Shown piece by piece: positions 45,285-55,300 of a stretch of DNA of 64,000 bases. The notes under the pieces are model-generated. The model ran no database searches. It was not told the origin of the DNA and saw only the letters and a list, made by a program, of their open reading frames with translations. The DNA is from Amoebidium appalachense (taxonomy: Eukaryota; Protista; Ichthyosporea): positions 992,005 through 1,056,004 of the forward strand of contig CAVNZM010000016.1 of NCBI GenBank assembly GCA_963693365.1, given 5' to 3'. The translations under genes were made by a program, and so were the position numbers. How positions within the stretch are numbered: position 1 is the stretch's first letter; each line of letters opens with the position of its first letter.

Positions 45285-46834
45285 AGGTCACGTGATCACA
45301 TGCCGACTTCTGATTGGTCGAGAGCACCCCGTGGAATTTATATGACATGCACTCTTCTTTCGATATGACTGTACTTAGGTTCCTTCGAATGGGGCCCCAG
45401 TAGGAGAGGGGAGGGGAGGGGGGGGGGGGGGGGGGGGGGGGGGATGGATTCTTTGATTATGAATAATTCAATACTCAAGCATGTATGGATCGATAAGTGG
45501 ACACGTTCTTGGTTTTGCAATGCTTACCATTTTTCGCATAACCCCCAAAACGGAGGTTGATCCTGATATCACGGTGTTTTTTGGTTGAAAACGGTGATGG
45601 TTCCGGTATGTGTCCCATTTTTCTATTTGTGTTAACCCCCTCCCCCCCCCCCCCCCCCCCCCCCCTTTTTTTTTTTTTTTTTTTTGACTGGTGCTTCAGG
45701 CACTTTCGTTCTGTCAGTATGCTGCTCTTGTTTTCATATGCATATTCATAAGATAGATTAATTAGACTTATTTAGAAACCATGTATGAATGTGTGGCACT
45801 TCAGCAATATGATAAGAGGCAGTATGTATGCATGTGTGGGGATCCAAAAGAAAGGGATCGACAGTTACACTTGAACACACACTGTGCTCTTGATGCACAG
45901 AGAGGCAACATCAACACAAACACATACAGAGAGAGCGGCAAATTGGCGGCTCGCCCATGCACACAACACCGTGACAGGCACACGTGGGCGAGCGCGCGGA
46001 CAACACGCGCACACACATATACACGCACACACATACACGGACACAACACAACACACGCACACATATACACACGTATGCACACGCACACACATGCACAGGC
46101 CCACAAAGACATGCACAGGCGCACGCACTAACGCACACCACACACATACTCCCACATACTGTGTGGCACACACCTTACAGACACAGGCAATCAAACATGC
46201 ACACACACTTGCACACAAACAAGATCCTCTTTAGCTTCTGGTGATATGACACGGCCGTGGCAGCCACACCTGGAATACCGTCTCCCAGCACTGATCTTCT
46301 TGACCGAACTTCATTCCACCGAGTATCCAAAACATATAAAACACTATCATAGATCTCGAAACATGGAATGTGTTTTGACTTTGTATTTGGCACCGCCTTG
46401 ATACGCTAAATATATGCATAGCATCAAAGCAAGCGTATTAGTTCCCTATCCTGGTCGGATGGTTGTCGCCGAAGAGGTATAAGTAAAGAAAAATCCTACA
46501 TACCTCATATTCCGACCAGAGCTGCAAAGCGTGTGAAACGTTTTCTTAAAATTACGAGCGTATGTGTCCGTGTCCGTGTGTGTGTGTGTGTGTGATTGCG
46601 GATCGGTTTGGGCTCTTATGTTAAAGCAACTCAATTCCATGTAGTGGCGTGCTCTTGAACTTGAGTAGGTAAGTTGTGACGGCATTGCACATCAGGGCTT
46701 CTCCGATATCTCCATGCATGGGTGTTGGTGGTTGCCCCGGGGTGTGTGGGTGTGGGTGTTGGTGTCGGAGTACGCGGATGTGTGTGGGTGTGCCCGGGTT
46801 TTGGTGCACTTGGGTGCATATGTGTGCGGGAGGG

Positions 46835-46877
<43 letters not shown>

Positions 46878-47170
46878 GGCCTCGATAGCCTGAAAGCAAC
46901 TGTTTGGGTTGTGTGTGTGTGTGTTGAGTGTTCATGGGTTGAGGTGTGGGGGAAGGGGGGGGGGGGGGGGGGGGGGGGGTTGCGTGACATGGGTGGCCTG
47001 GCGCATGTGCGTGTGTGCGTGTGTTTATGTTGGTCACGGTGGGATCCAACGCGCTCGTGTACTGATTGCGCAAACCGTGCACATGGTCCGAATACATTCG
47101 CCCAGCAGCAGTTTCGTAGTTGCACACAACGTTGGGAGCTAGCTAGGGATGGAGGAAAAAAGGAATACAC

Positions 47171-47705
47171 GCCGTGAAGCCGTGTGCTACCGTGTGCACC
47201 TGTGCGCACAAAGAACTTGTGCAACCATTCGACAGAGGCAGAAAACGCCTTTGCGGGAATCCCCTTTTCCCGGGCAATGCTGTTGGCCTTCGCACGCATC
47301 ATATCGTTCGATACCGGCACCTTTGCCTGGCGGCACAGCACAAACCAGTTGTGCAGATCGGTTTCCACCTCCTTGAACTTGCCCTCACGGGCATTTCTCT
47401 ACGCCAACACAGCAGGTGGGGCTTTGCGGGCCTTTGCCAAGGTCTCTGCCTTTCTGGAAGGATGCATCAGCTTGGACACAGCTGTGCGGTTAATGCCGTA
47501 AGCAGCGGCCACACTAGTGTGTGTTTCGCCCCGACCCACACGCTCGATTATTTTTGCCGCTGTCTTGCAAACTCAGGCGCTTGATCGATTTGCGCGGTTT
47601 ATGCCCATCTTGCACCCTCGTGCTTGCCTCCTGCATACGCTTATTCAGAGCTTTCTGTTCTTCTCTGGCCCTCTTCGCGGCCTTAGCAGCGCCCATTTGA
47701 ACCAT
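47171..47705 (-). pseudogene. pogo/Tigger (CENP-B-like) transposase, N-terminal remnant
   Basis: KRLSLQD [frameshift about 47561] AKIIERVGRGETHTSVAAAYGINRTAVSKL (first HTH), stop TAG at 47401-47399, then EVETDLHNWF...VSNDMMRAKA...FSASVEWLHKF...LHG (Tc5-type HTH). No DDE domain follows. Confidence 0.85.
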
Positions 47706-47975
47706 TTTCTCTCCTTCTACTCTATTCCGGGCTCAAATACAAAGGAGAACCCTGTCACTGTGTGCACGTGTACGTTAACTGTCTGCCGTGTTTTTTTTTT
47801 TGTTTTTTTTTTTGCTGTTTCAGGCTTCTCCGGCAGGCCAGAGGAGCCGGGCCGAGCGTTCGCGCCAAAATCGCAATTCCGGGTTTTCATTGGCTAGTTT
47901 CGACTCGACCCGAATATGCGGGTCGGATCAATACCCGGCTCAAACCGACCCGGTCGGGCCGGGTCACGAAAAAGG

Positions 47976-48034
47976 GTGACGATATCGAGAGGTGACGATA
48001 TTTTTAGGGGTGTGACGATATCGCGAAGACCCTG
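47976..48034 (-). mobile_element. 5' terminus of the pogo-like element
   Basis: Minus strand TA|CAGGGTCTTCGCGATATCGTCAC; GTGACGATAT repeated at 47976, 47992 and 48012; upstream of the transposase remnant; similar in style to the MITE at 4367. Confidence 0.6.
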
Positions 48035-48040
48035 TACGTA

Positions 48041-48254
48041 CACATGTCGTACCCCCCATTTCCGTGGTTTTTTTTGTAGCTCGAAAATAATGCATCATAC
48101 AGTGCTCGACCCGGCCGAGATACGTCCAAATTGGCGCTGGTTCAAGCGGTATAGGGGGAGCGCCCAGGAGGGCGTTCGATGGCTGGGTTGGGCTTTGTGA
48201 TGGCATGCGGAATAGCTTTATTTGGCTAGAAGTTTTAGCCTTAGATGGCTTGAC
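48041..48254 (+). repeat. Left terminal inverted repeat (214 bp)
   Basis: CACATGTCGTACCCCCC...TTAGATGGCTTGAC is the reverse complement of 57321-57534. Confidence 0.95.
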
Positions 48255-48305
48255 TCTTGATTGTCAGCCAATCGCGTTTAGGGAAGGGCGTATACCAGCT
48301 CCACG

Positions 48306-48809
48306 ATGCCAAATACTGCTTTTTTGCAAGTTTTCCCGGGTACAGAAACTTTTTGTGTTTGTTGTATGTACATAAGGCATACCAGGTCCAAGATGATGCA
48401 AACCCAGGACATTACCAGCGAGGGGCCAGATAAGATGGCAAAGTTAGCCTGCGAGTACATTCGTCTCAGAAAGCTGGGCAGAAACACAATGACGTACAGG
48501 GACACGGAGAAGAAGCGTGTATACTCCCGCCTGCTGATTAAATACATGCGCAGCCACCGGCTGCTCACATTGCAAATCCCAGGTGTGGATGATAAAGCCA
48601 TTTCCCTGCAAAAGGTGAGGGGCAAAGCTGCAATGTCTCTAAAACGCATTCAACAAGCATGCAAGGAGTATTGTGATGCGGTGAAGGGAGGTAAACTTGA
48701 GCTCTCTCCTGAGACTATGATGGCGTTCATAACCACAAAGCAGCCTGAAACTACCAACTGGAAGCTTGCAGTCCAAGAGAAGTCTTCAGATTCATGGTTT
48801 GAGGCATGA
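48306..48809 (+). CDS. DUF5760-like protein (giant-virus family); start may be a downstream Met
   Basis: ACEYIRL...EKKRVYSRLLIKYMRSH..LQIPG..KAISLQK...MSLKRIQQACKEY...MMAFITTKQ...WKL follows the recalled DUF5760 pattern (coiled coil, il.yM, beta hairpin, ls.k.i...l.ey, fi). Confidence 0.6.
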   Translation: MPNTAFLQVFPGTETFCVCCMYIRHTRSKMMQTQDITSEGPDKMAKLACEYIRLRKLGRNTMTYRDTEKKRVYSRLLIKYMRSHRLLTLQIPGVDDKAISLQKVRGKAAMSLKRIQQACKEYCDAVKGGKLELSPETMMAFITTKQPETTNWKLAVQEKSSDSWFEA

Positions 48810-48841
48810 CAGAAATTAATTTTTGGGGATGAGAGGTAATC

Positions 48842-49558
48842 ATGGCTACACCCAGCGCAAACATGTTGGAGGCCCCGGGGCTTACAGAGGATTTGGTGGC
48901 TCTCGTGGCGGGCACCGACGAATCAGGGCAGGCAGGAAGGCCTCCCTCCATGACTGATAGTATGCTTGACCGTGATCTAATGGAAGCCATGGAAAACAAA
49001 AGTGTGGCACGACGAGAACGTGCAGAGGCTAGAGCTGCAGCCGAAGCCGCAGCCGGCGCTACACTAGCACTTGAAGCACAGGCAGGTGCCTCAGCTCCGA
49101 GGCTGGATGCATCCAGCATGCATGATGCAGACACAGGCCCGCATGGCATTGCGGAGCTTAGTTGCTCGTCGCAGCATCTTGGTAGCATGACAAAGGCGTG
49201 TGGCCAGCTCCATACAGTGCATGGTATAATCGTGTTATTTGCATACATAGCAACTACAGTGTTGAGGGTTATATCGAAGGGTATACAATTGATGGGGTGG
49301 CCTGAGAAGCTGCAGGGAGACCTTGCCAGTGGTGTGTTTGACTCGCACATTTACGCGCTGCTAGATGCGTGTACTGACGCGGCGCTGGTAAAAAATCCGA
49401 TGCTGGAGCTGGGAGTGAGACTTACACTGTCAGCAATATTTCATCACAGAAGCTCGAAGCTAGCCCAGGCCGTCTCTCACGTCCACTGGCAGTCTGAGAG
49501 CATAGAACAGCCTCATGGGCAGCTTATGGACCATCTTGACCGATCTGTCACTGTGTGA
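48842..49558 (+). CDS. DUF5767-like protein (giant-virus family)
   Basis: Hydrophobic helix, then QLMGWPEKL...FD...LL...NPMLELGVRLTLSAIFHH, resembling the recalled DUF5767 core 'L.GWse...yD...eL...Pel.L...l..Sa.mfH'. Confidence 0.65.
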   Translation: MATPSANMLEAPGLTEDLVALVAGTDESGQAGRPPSMTDSMLDRDLMEAMENKSVARRERAEARAAAEAAAGATLALEAQAGASAPRLDASSMHDADTGPHGIAELSCSSQHLGSMTKACGQLHTVHGIIVLFAYIATTVLRVISKGIQLMGWPEKLQGDLASGVFDSHIYALLDACTDAALVKNPMLELGVRLTLSAIFHHRSSKLAQAVSHVHWQSESIEQPHGQLMDHLDRSVTV

Positions 49559-49689
49559 CACCCAGTGTGCATGGAGTTCGAGTCTTTGAGCCACTTAGTG
49601 AGTGAATAAAAGTTTGTGGCTGAAATTTCCTGTTTCCGTGGGTTGCGATGTAAAAATTCCATTCATCCGTTCAACCCCAAATCTACATC

Positions 49690-50514
49690 ATGTCTGCGTT
49701 TGCCTTCCTGAACCCCAGTAGCGAGGATACGACTGTAGGAGGCTACGGTAAGGCCTTCAATTACAAAGTGATTGCGTCATTGGTGCCTGCCAAAGAGCTT
49801 GCAACTGCCGTTGCCGAAGAGATGCCAGAAGCCATGCGGTACGTGCATGACAGACTGTCCGCAGCTTACGGTAGCAGCTACACACAGCACAACGTCAAGC
49901 AGTTCCTGCTCACCTGGCCGGTGGCTATCAAAGCCTTCCATGATGCCACAACCCCAAAGATTAGTGCGCTTCGCCAGGCAGCGGAAGACAAATACAAGCT
50001 GCGCAGGGAGAGACAGGAGGCAGACAAGCCCATCCGTGCCCAGGTCAACAAGCGTGTTGCACCCTACCTGCAAGGCTACCAGGGCTGCCTCATGAAGCGC
50101 TTGAAGCCGGAAGATTTCACTGAGTGTTCTACTCTGGCAAATATGGAAAACCAGGACAATCAGCTGGTAGGCAGGGGTGCCATGGTGCCTGTGCGTGGCC
50201 TTCGAGAGCGTGTGATAAACGAGAAGGGTATCGGTACATTGTTTAATGAGGAGATTGCACCGGCTGTGCAAGAGTACCAAGGTAGGCAGACAGGGGCATG
50301 GAATTCTGTATACCCGCCTGGGGTAGCAAGGTCTATCGAGCAGCGTGGCTTCTACAGGGATGACAGGCAGCCCATGACAGAGACTCAGGCCGCTTTGCGC
50401 GGTATGCGACTGCAGCTTAAGGAGAGGCTGAATGCCGTCAAGCTCCGTGAAACACAGGAGGCTTTGCAGAGCATGGGTCAGAGGCCTTCGTTTGTTCTCA
50501 ATGCTGCCCAGTAA
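49690..50514 (+). CDS. 274-aa hypothetical protein, predicted mostly helical
   Basis: ATG-initiated ORF in the same cassette, with coiled-coil segments; no jelly-roll or Walker A signature seen. Confidence 0.8.
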   Translation: MSAFAFLNPSSEDTTVGGYGKAFNYKVIASLVPAKELATAVAEEMPEAMRYVHDRLSAAYGSSYTQHNVKQFLLTWPVAIKAFHDATTPKISALRQAAEDKYKLRRERQEADKPIRAQVNKRVAPYLQGYQGCLMKRLKPEDFTECSTLANMENQDNQLVGRGAMVPVRGLRERVINEKGIGTLFNEEIAPAVQEYQGRQTGAWNSVYPPGVARSIEQRGFYRDDRQPMTETQAALRGMRLQLKERLNAVKLRETQEALQSMGQRPSFVLNAAQ

Positions 50515-50527
50515 AGAGTTTGTAGTA

Positions 50528-51661
50528 CTAGTGCCTGCCGCGATGGCGCTTTCTGCCAGACACGCCAGGCTGTGGGAATGTGGCAGGAACCGATCTCTTG
50601 TTGCCCATTTGGAACAAAATGTCGGCAGCATACAGGTCTTGCTGTAGCGGAGTCATGGCATCCAATATGGCCGATGTTTCCTTCTCTTGTTGTGTATGTG
50701 TGCTGGTGTCAGCGGGGGTGGGTAGTATGTCACGTGGGTGGCGGCGTCTGGTCACGCCCGGCTGCCCCTCAAGCTCCACTGTATACTTGAAGCCGGAAAG
50801 AAATTTGACAACCCAGAGTGACGGGTCCCAATCCCCTGTGCCTGTGTTGACTGTCATGCTTTTCTTTGAAAAGAGCGCGTCTTTCAGTGCCTCGTCTGAG
50901 CGTATGCGCACCTTGTCGCCCGGGAGATACTTAAATGCTGTTTTCATGACTCGCTTTGCCTTCTTTACTGTTTTTAGGTGGTAGCGCTGCTCGTCGTGGT
51001 AGGTCACCAGGAATGGAGGCTTGCCGCTGACTGCTGAGTGACATCGTGTGTTATATGTTAGTTCGATGTCCACCCACCCATTCTCATAAAAGAGGTTCAG
51101 GTAGGCAAGTCCTAGCTCAAACCTGCTTGCCATTAGCTCACGCAGGCTGCGATTAAACCTCTCCACGATGCTGTTGGCTCTATGATCGCCTGAATCCAGC
51201 ATTATGTGCTGCATGCCCATTCCCCTCACATAAGCTGTAAACTCGCCCTTGAATTCTGAACCCGGGTCTGTGATGAGCCTTTTAAAGGTGTGTGGTCCGT
51301 CTGCCCCTGCCATGTAGTCGCTTGCTACGCCCGTGTACCCCCTGCTTGTTTCATTCTCAGGGCGCCATGCCACAGCTCTCAGAGCATACAATCTCCGAAG
51401 TGCTATTTTGAAGCCCTCTCTCACAGTGACAGAGTCACGGGCAGTCAGCGGTACCCACACTCCTCTCTTTGAGTTTACCTCGATGACAGTGAGTACAAAC
51501 GGGTGTGCCTGCCCGGTCTGTGGATGCTTCTGCATACTTCCAAGGTCAATAGTGAGCACACGCTGGCGACCGGGGTATGTCAACCTCCAGCTTGCAAGGT
51601 ACATGAGATCGGCATTCAGGGTCAGTGGAGGTGCTGTTACTGGAATGTCCATCTTAGACAT
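50528..51661 (-). CDS. Retroviral-like (rve) DDE integrase, Polinton type
   Basis: LTIDL (D), LITDPGSEF (D), IVERFNRSL (E) with D(34)E spacing, YNTRCHS, and C-terminal PGDKVRI...W SH3-like region. Confidence 0.93.
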   Translation of the reverse strand: MSKMDIPVTAPPLTLNADLMYLASWRLTYPGRQRVLTIDLGSMQKHPQTGQAHPFVLTVIEVNSKRGVWVPLTARDSVTVREGFKIALRRLYALRAVAWRPENETSRGYTGVASDYMAGADGPHTFKRLITDPGSEFKGEFTAYVRGMGMQHIMLDSGDHRANSIVERFNRSLRELMASRFELGLAYLNLFYENGWVDIELTYNTRCHSAVSGKPPFLVTYHDEQRYHLKTVKKAKRVMKTAFKYLPGDKVRIRSDEALKDALFSKKSMTVNTGTGDWDPSLWVVKFLSGFKYTVELEGQPGVTRRRHPRDILPTPADTSTHTQQEKETSAILDAMTPLQQDLYAADILFQMGNKRSVPATFPQPGVSGRKRHRGRH

Positions 51662-51696
51662 GCGAGCAACTTGCTTTCACAACCTTACCAAAATAA

Positions 51697-52206
51697 TCAA
51701 CTTGCATGTGTAAAAGGTTCTATTTGGCCCGACTCTCTAAAAGTGGCTGGCATCAGCCTGGCCGCCAGCCAGCCCGGCAAGTCTGTAACAGGCTGAGACA
51801 TGGTCTTCAGTGCTGTCTGGTCTAGGTGTTCAGTGGAGTGTGCTATCCATGTCGAAAACTTTTTCTCTATCTCCCAGAGGGAGACCTCTGGCTTTTTTAA
51901 ATGTTTGTTAACGCTGTTGTGAACGTCAATTAGCCAGGCAACCAGCGACTCTCGACCCTGTAAGGCAGCATCACCCAAAGCCAGCTTTCCCTTTACTAAC
52001 ATAGTCTGCCAGTGCCCGCGGCAGGACTCACATGGTAGCACGTGTCCTAAGCTGAAAAAGAAGTCTCTGTATTGTTTTCTATCGGCACTAGACGGTCTGG
52101 ATGGGTAGCCAAAGGAGACAGCATGCAAAGAAAGCCACAGGTGCGGGCCCCAGTGGGTACTGTGTAAGTTATATCGGTCTACACTGAGTCTATGAACAGC
52201 ATCCAT
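51697..52206 (-). CDS. Erv1/ALR family FAD-dependent sulfhydryl oxidase (viral type)
   Basis: WGPHLWLSLH...GYP...LPCESCRGHW...WLIDVHNSVNKHLKKP: CxxC plus the FAD-binding W/H/N residues. Confidence 0.95.
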   Translation of the reverse strand: MDAVHRLSVDRYNLHSTHWGPHLWLSLHAVSFGYPSRPSSADRKQYRDFFFSLGHVLPCESCRGHWQTMLVKGKLALGDAALQGRESLVAWLIDVHNSVNKHLKKPEVSLWEIEKKFSTWIAHSTEHLDQTALKTMSQPVTDLPGWLAARLMPATFRESGQIEPFTHAS

Positions 52207-52329
52207 TGTCTAAGTTAATGCTATACTTGAACATAAAATGCCCCCATACTTGCGCCGCAAATGACAAACCAGTGACAACCACTGGCAGTTACCAATTCGA
52301 AAAAAAAACCCAACAAGTCAAACCAAAGC

Positions 52330-55300
52330 TCAAAAGCCATAGGGAGTAGAAGTGATTGTGTGCACGGTGCCGTCGTCATTCATCACCCGGTCATCGGGCT
52401 TGCAGATCAGACGCTTGGCGAAAGTCACACGCACTATCTTCTTCTCTGGCTGGGTCACGGGCTTCCCTCCGACCGTGCGTTTGATGCCATATGCTCTTTC
52501 AACAGTCAAGCCGGGGGTCTCGCGCAGGACAAGTCGAGTGTATGCATCTAGGTCCAGAATGTCGCGGGTAGCAGCATTAAATGGGACTCCTTTCATCTTG
52601 ACACTATCTACCTCAGAGCCCGACACCTCCACTTTGCGATACGCATAGCTCTTGGGGCCAAGGCAGCGAAGTTTGGAAATGTGCTCGCCGGGCTTGAGCT
52701 CGTCTGCCAAATCCCCCAGAAGCATGCCTTTTTGAGGGTGGCAATGCAGGGGGTTGCTGCTGTCATAGATGTAGTAGATAGAGTCGGTGTCGCAGTACGC
52801 TGGCTGGCTGGGATGTAGCTTATCCATGCTGATGTGCAGCTTGACACGGCCCCAGGCAGTGGTGCAGGCGGCGATGATGGGGCATGTGGTGATGTGCGAT
52901 TGGCCAAGGGAAGCCGCCTTCTCCGATAGCTTGTATCGTACCAACACCCAGCCGGGTACATCCAGAAATCGGACATCTATAGCATCATAGTCCTTTGCCT
53001 CATACCTATCCCACTTCTCCTTGAATGCCTTGTAGCCGTGCATGGTGTCAGGAAGCGTCATTGAGCCCCACTTATCGTGACGCTCGCCGGTTTTGCCAAA
53101 GGGGTTGACAATAATGCTCTTAGCCAGAGCCACTCGGCCTGGATTTTTGGCTGCGGGGTCCATGATCTTCTCAGGGGTGAGGGCTAGTTCAGGCTGGGCC
53201 ACAGGGTCTACACCCATGCGCTGGTTGTATCTGCTGCAGTAGTCTGCGACCTGCTCGGGTGTCTTGCAGTGGCTGGGCACCCCATCACCTTGAGCCTTCA
53301 CAGTGTACCAGTGCTTGATGAGCGGTGCAAATATGTCAACACTGGTCCGTTCATAGACACGAGCATACTTCAGGTCCAGCATCTCGTAGCCCTTGTACAG
53401 GGCGTACCTGATCTCCTGCACAGTCCACACATGTGTAATGGCACGCTCGTGCTCGCGGTGTCTGCATGTCCTGGGGGCGGAGGGACCAATCTCTGCGCAT
53501 GCCCTGCACAGGGTCTCCACAAGGCGCTCAGTGACGTGTATCCGACCCTCCTCGAGGTCCCTGGGCTGCCTCTTGCCCACTGCAATCTTTGCCGACAGCA
53601 CAGGCCGATGCAGACCCCTAGGTGGAAGCATAGTGCATTCGACGAGGCCGAGTTTGCCATTGAAGAGATATGCATGCTCCCTAGGGAAGCCGGGAGGGAC
53701 TCTGAAGCTGCTGCCAGTGCACTCGCCATCCGCCCGAAACAGCTGCTCAAACATCTGCGCAGGCGTTGGAGGGGTAGCTGTGCCATACCACAGCCCCACC
53801 AGGTCTATCTTGCGGTAGTTCACAAATGTACCTGCAGGCATGGGGCAGTCTAGTAGAATTGCTGGATAGTGGGACTTGTAGTCGACGACATACATGTACT
53901 CGCCGGGCTTGCAATCGTGGTACAGGATGTAGCCATTGGTGCAGCCTCCCTTGAAAGCGTCGCGCTCTCTTGGTGGCTTCTGCATGGCAATGTGCAGCAA
54001 CTTGTCGTGCTCACAGAACCACTGCAAAGTCTCCTTCTGCCGCTGCCACTCGCAGCCCCAGATAGAAACCACCTTGTAGCCCATGGCGCGCAGCATCCCA
54101 CTGCGGCTCTCTGTCTGCTGCCTTGTCTTGCCAGTCCGGCTATTGAGACCCTGTACTGCCATTGTTTCACAGTCATGGCCATGGAAGCGGCAGCCGTCGA
54201 ACTCAAAGACTGTGTTAGTACGGGTGTCATACCCGTCAACATAGAGCTCACGGCCCCCAGCTGCAATCCGATACTGGCCATTGAGTTGCCAACGGAAGCG
54301 CCTGTCGAAGAGGTTGCTTGAATCGTAGCCGCAAATCTTCTCCCGCACATAGCACAGCCACTGCATCTCGTCCATACTAGACCACTGGTGCTTGTAGGGA
54401 GAGCCAAACTCATGCACTATGGTGTTCTCGGGGAAGATTCTGTCTTGCAGCACGCCATAGACAAAGCTGCCAATAGTGGTACGCGCAAGCGGGTCGATGC
54501 CAGGGTAGGCCGCCTCCACCTCTTTCCTGTAGCAGACACAGGCCTCGCGCAGAATGAGGGTGTCCACCATGCAGTACTTTATGAGCTCCTCCCGATTGTT
54601 CCAGCCGGCGGGCCCGCGTGCTGCTGCCTCCTCCGCATGCCAAACACGAAAGTTTTCAATCTCTTTGGAGCTCTTCATCATCTGCTCAGGCGCCCAGTAG
54701 CTCTGGTCAGGCAGGGGTCCGACATAACCTTCGTGCTCTGGGGTGTTGAACAGGAGTGGATAGTTGAGCTTGCTCAGGCCAGCGTCGCCTGAAAAGCCCC
54801 ACATTTGCGGGAGCTGGCTCAGTGGTCGAGGCATGTGGCGCACTGAGTCTTGCACTCGCACGCCATGGTACTGGAGGTATGGCACACTGCTGCCATCCAT
54901 AATGAAGCTGAAGTCACCGTTAGCACTGTCAGGACTGCTCTTGCCCTCTCCGGACTTCATGGCGTGAGCTATCTCAGCGGGGCTCAGCTGCTCAAGAAGT
55001 GCGTTCAAAATGAAGTGTACGTCGTATTTTGCGCCATTGTGTGCGTATGCGATGAAGCCTGCATGTGCCGGTTGAAAGAGCCAAGCAATAAAGCGATTCA
55101 GGGCCTGCGGCCCCGCCCATATGTACACCTCCGGGGGCAGTTCAGAGTGCTTGCTCTGAAACCCAGGGCAGGTGCGTACCTCAACACCCGCCAGCAAAGC
55201 TTCATCGACTGGCTTGGGCGGGTTGACAGTGTAGCTGGCGACAACAACATTGACGTCTTGGGGCTGCCCAGTGCCAGCCCTCATGTATGCCTCAAAATCA

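Noticed and set aside
46693-46710. CAGGGCTTCTCCGATATC as the second TIR of the pogo element
   Set aside because: Needs gaps to align, is preceded by AT rather than TA, and lacks the subterminal repeats.
48034-48040. Extending the TIRs to 221 bp (48034 and 57541)
   Set aside because: The extra match is explained by the palindromic TACGTA TSD plus one chance base; not fully excluded without other copies.
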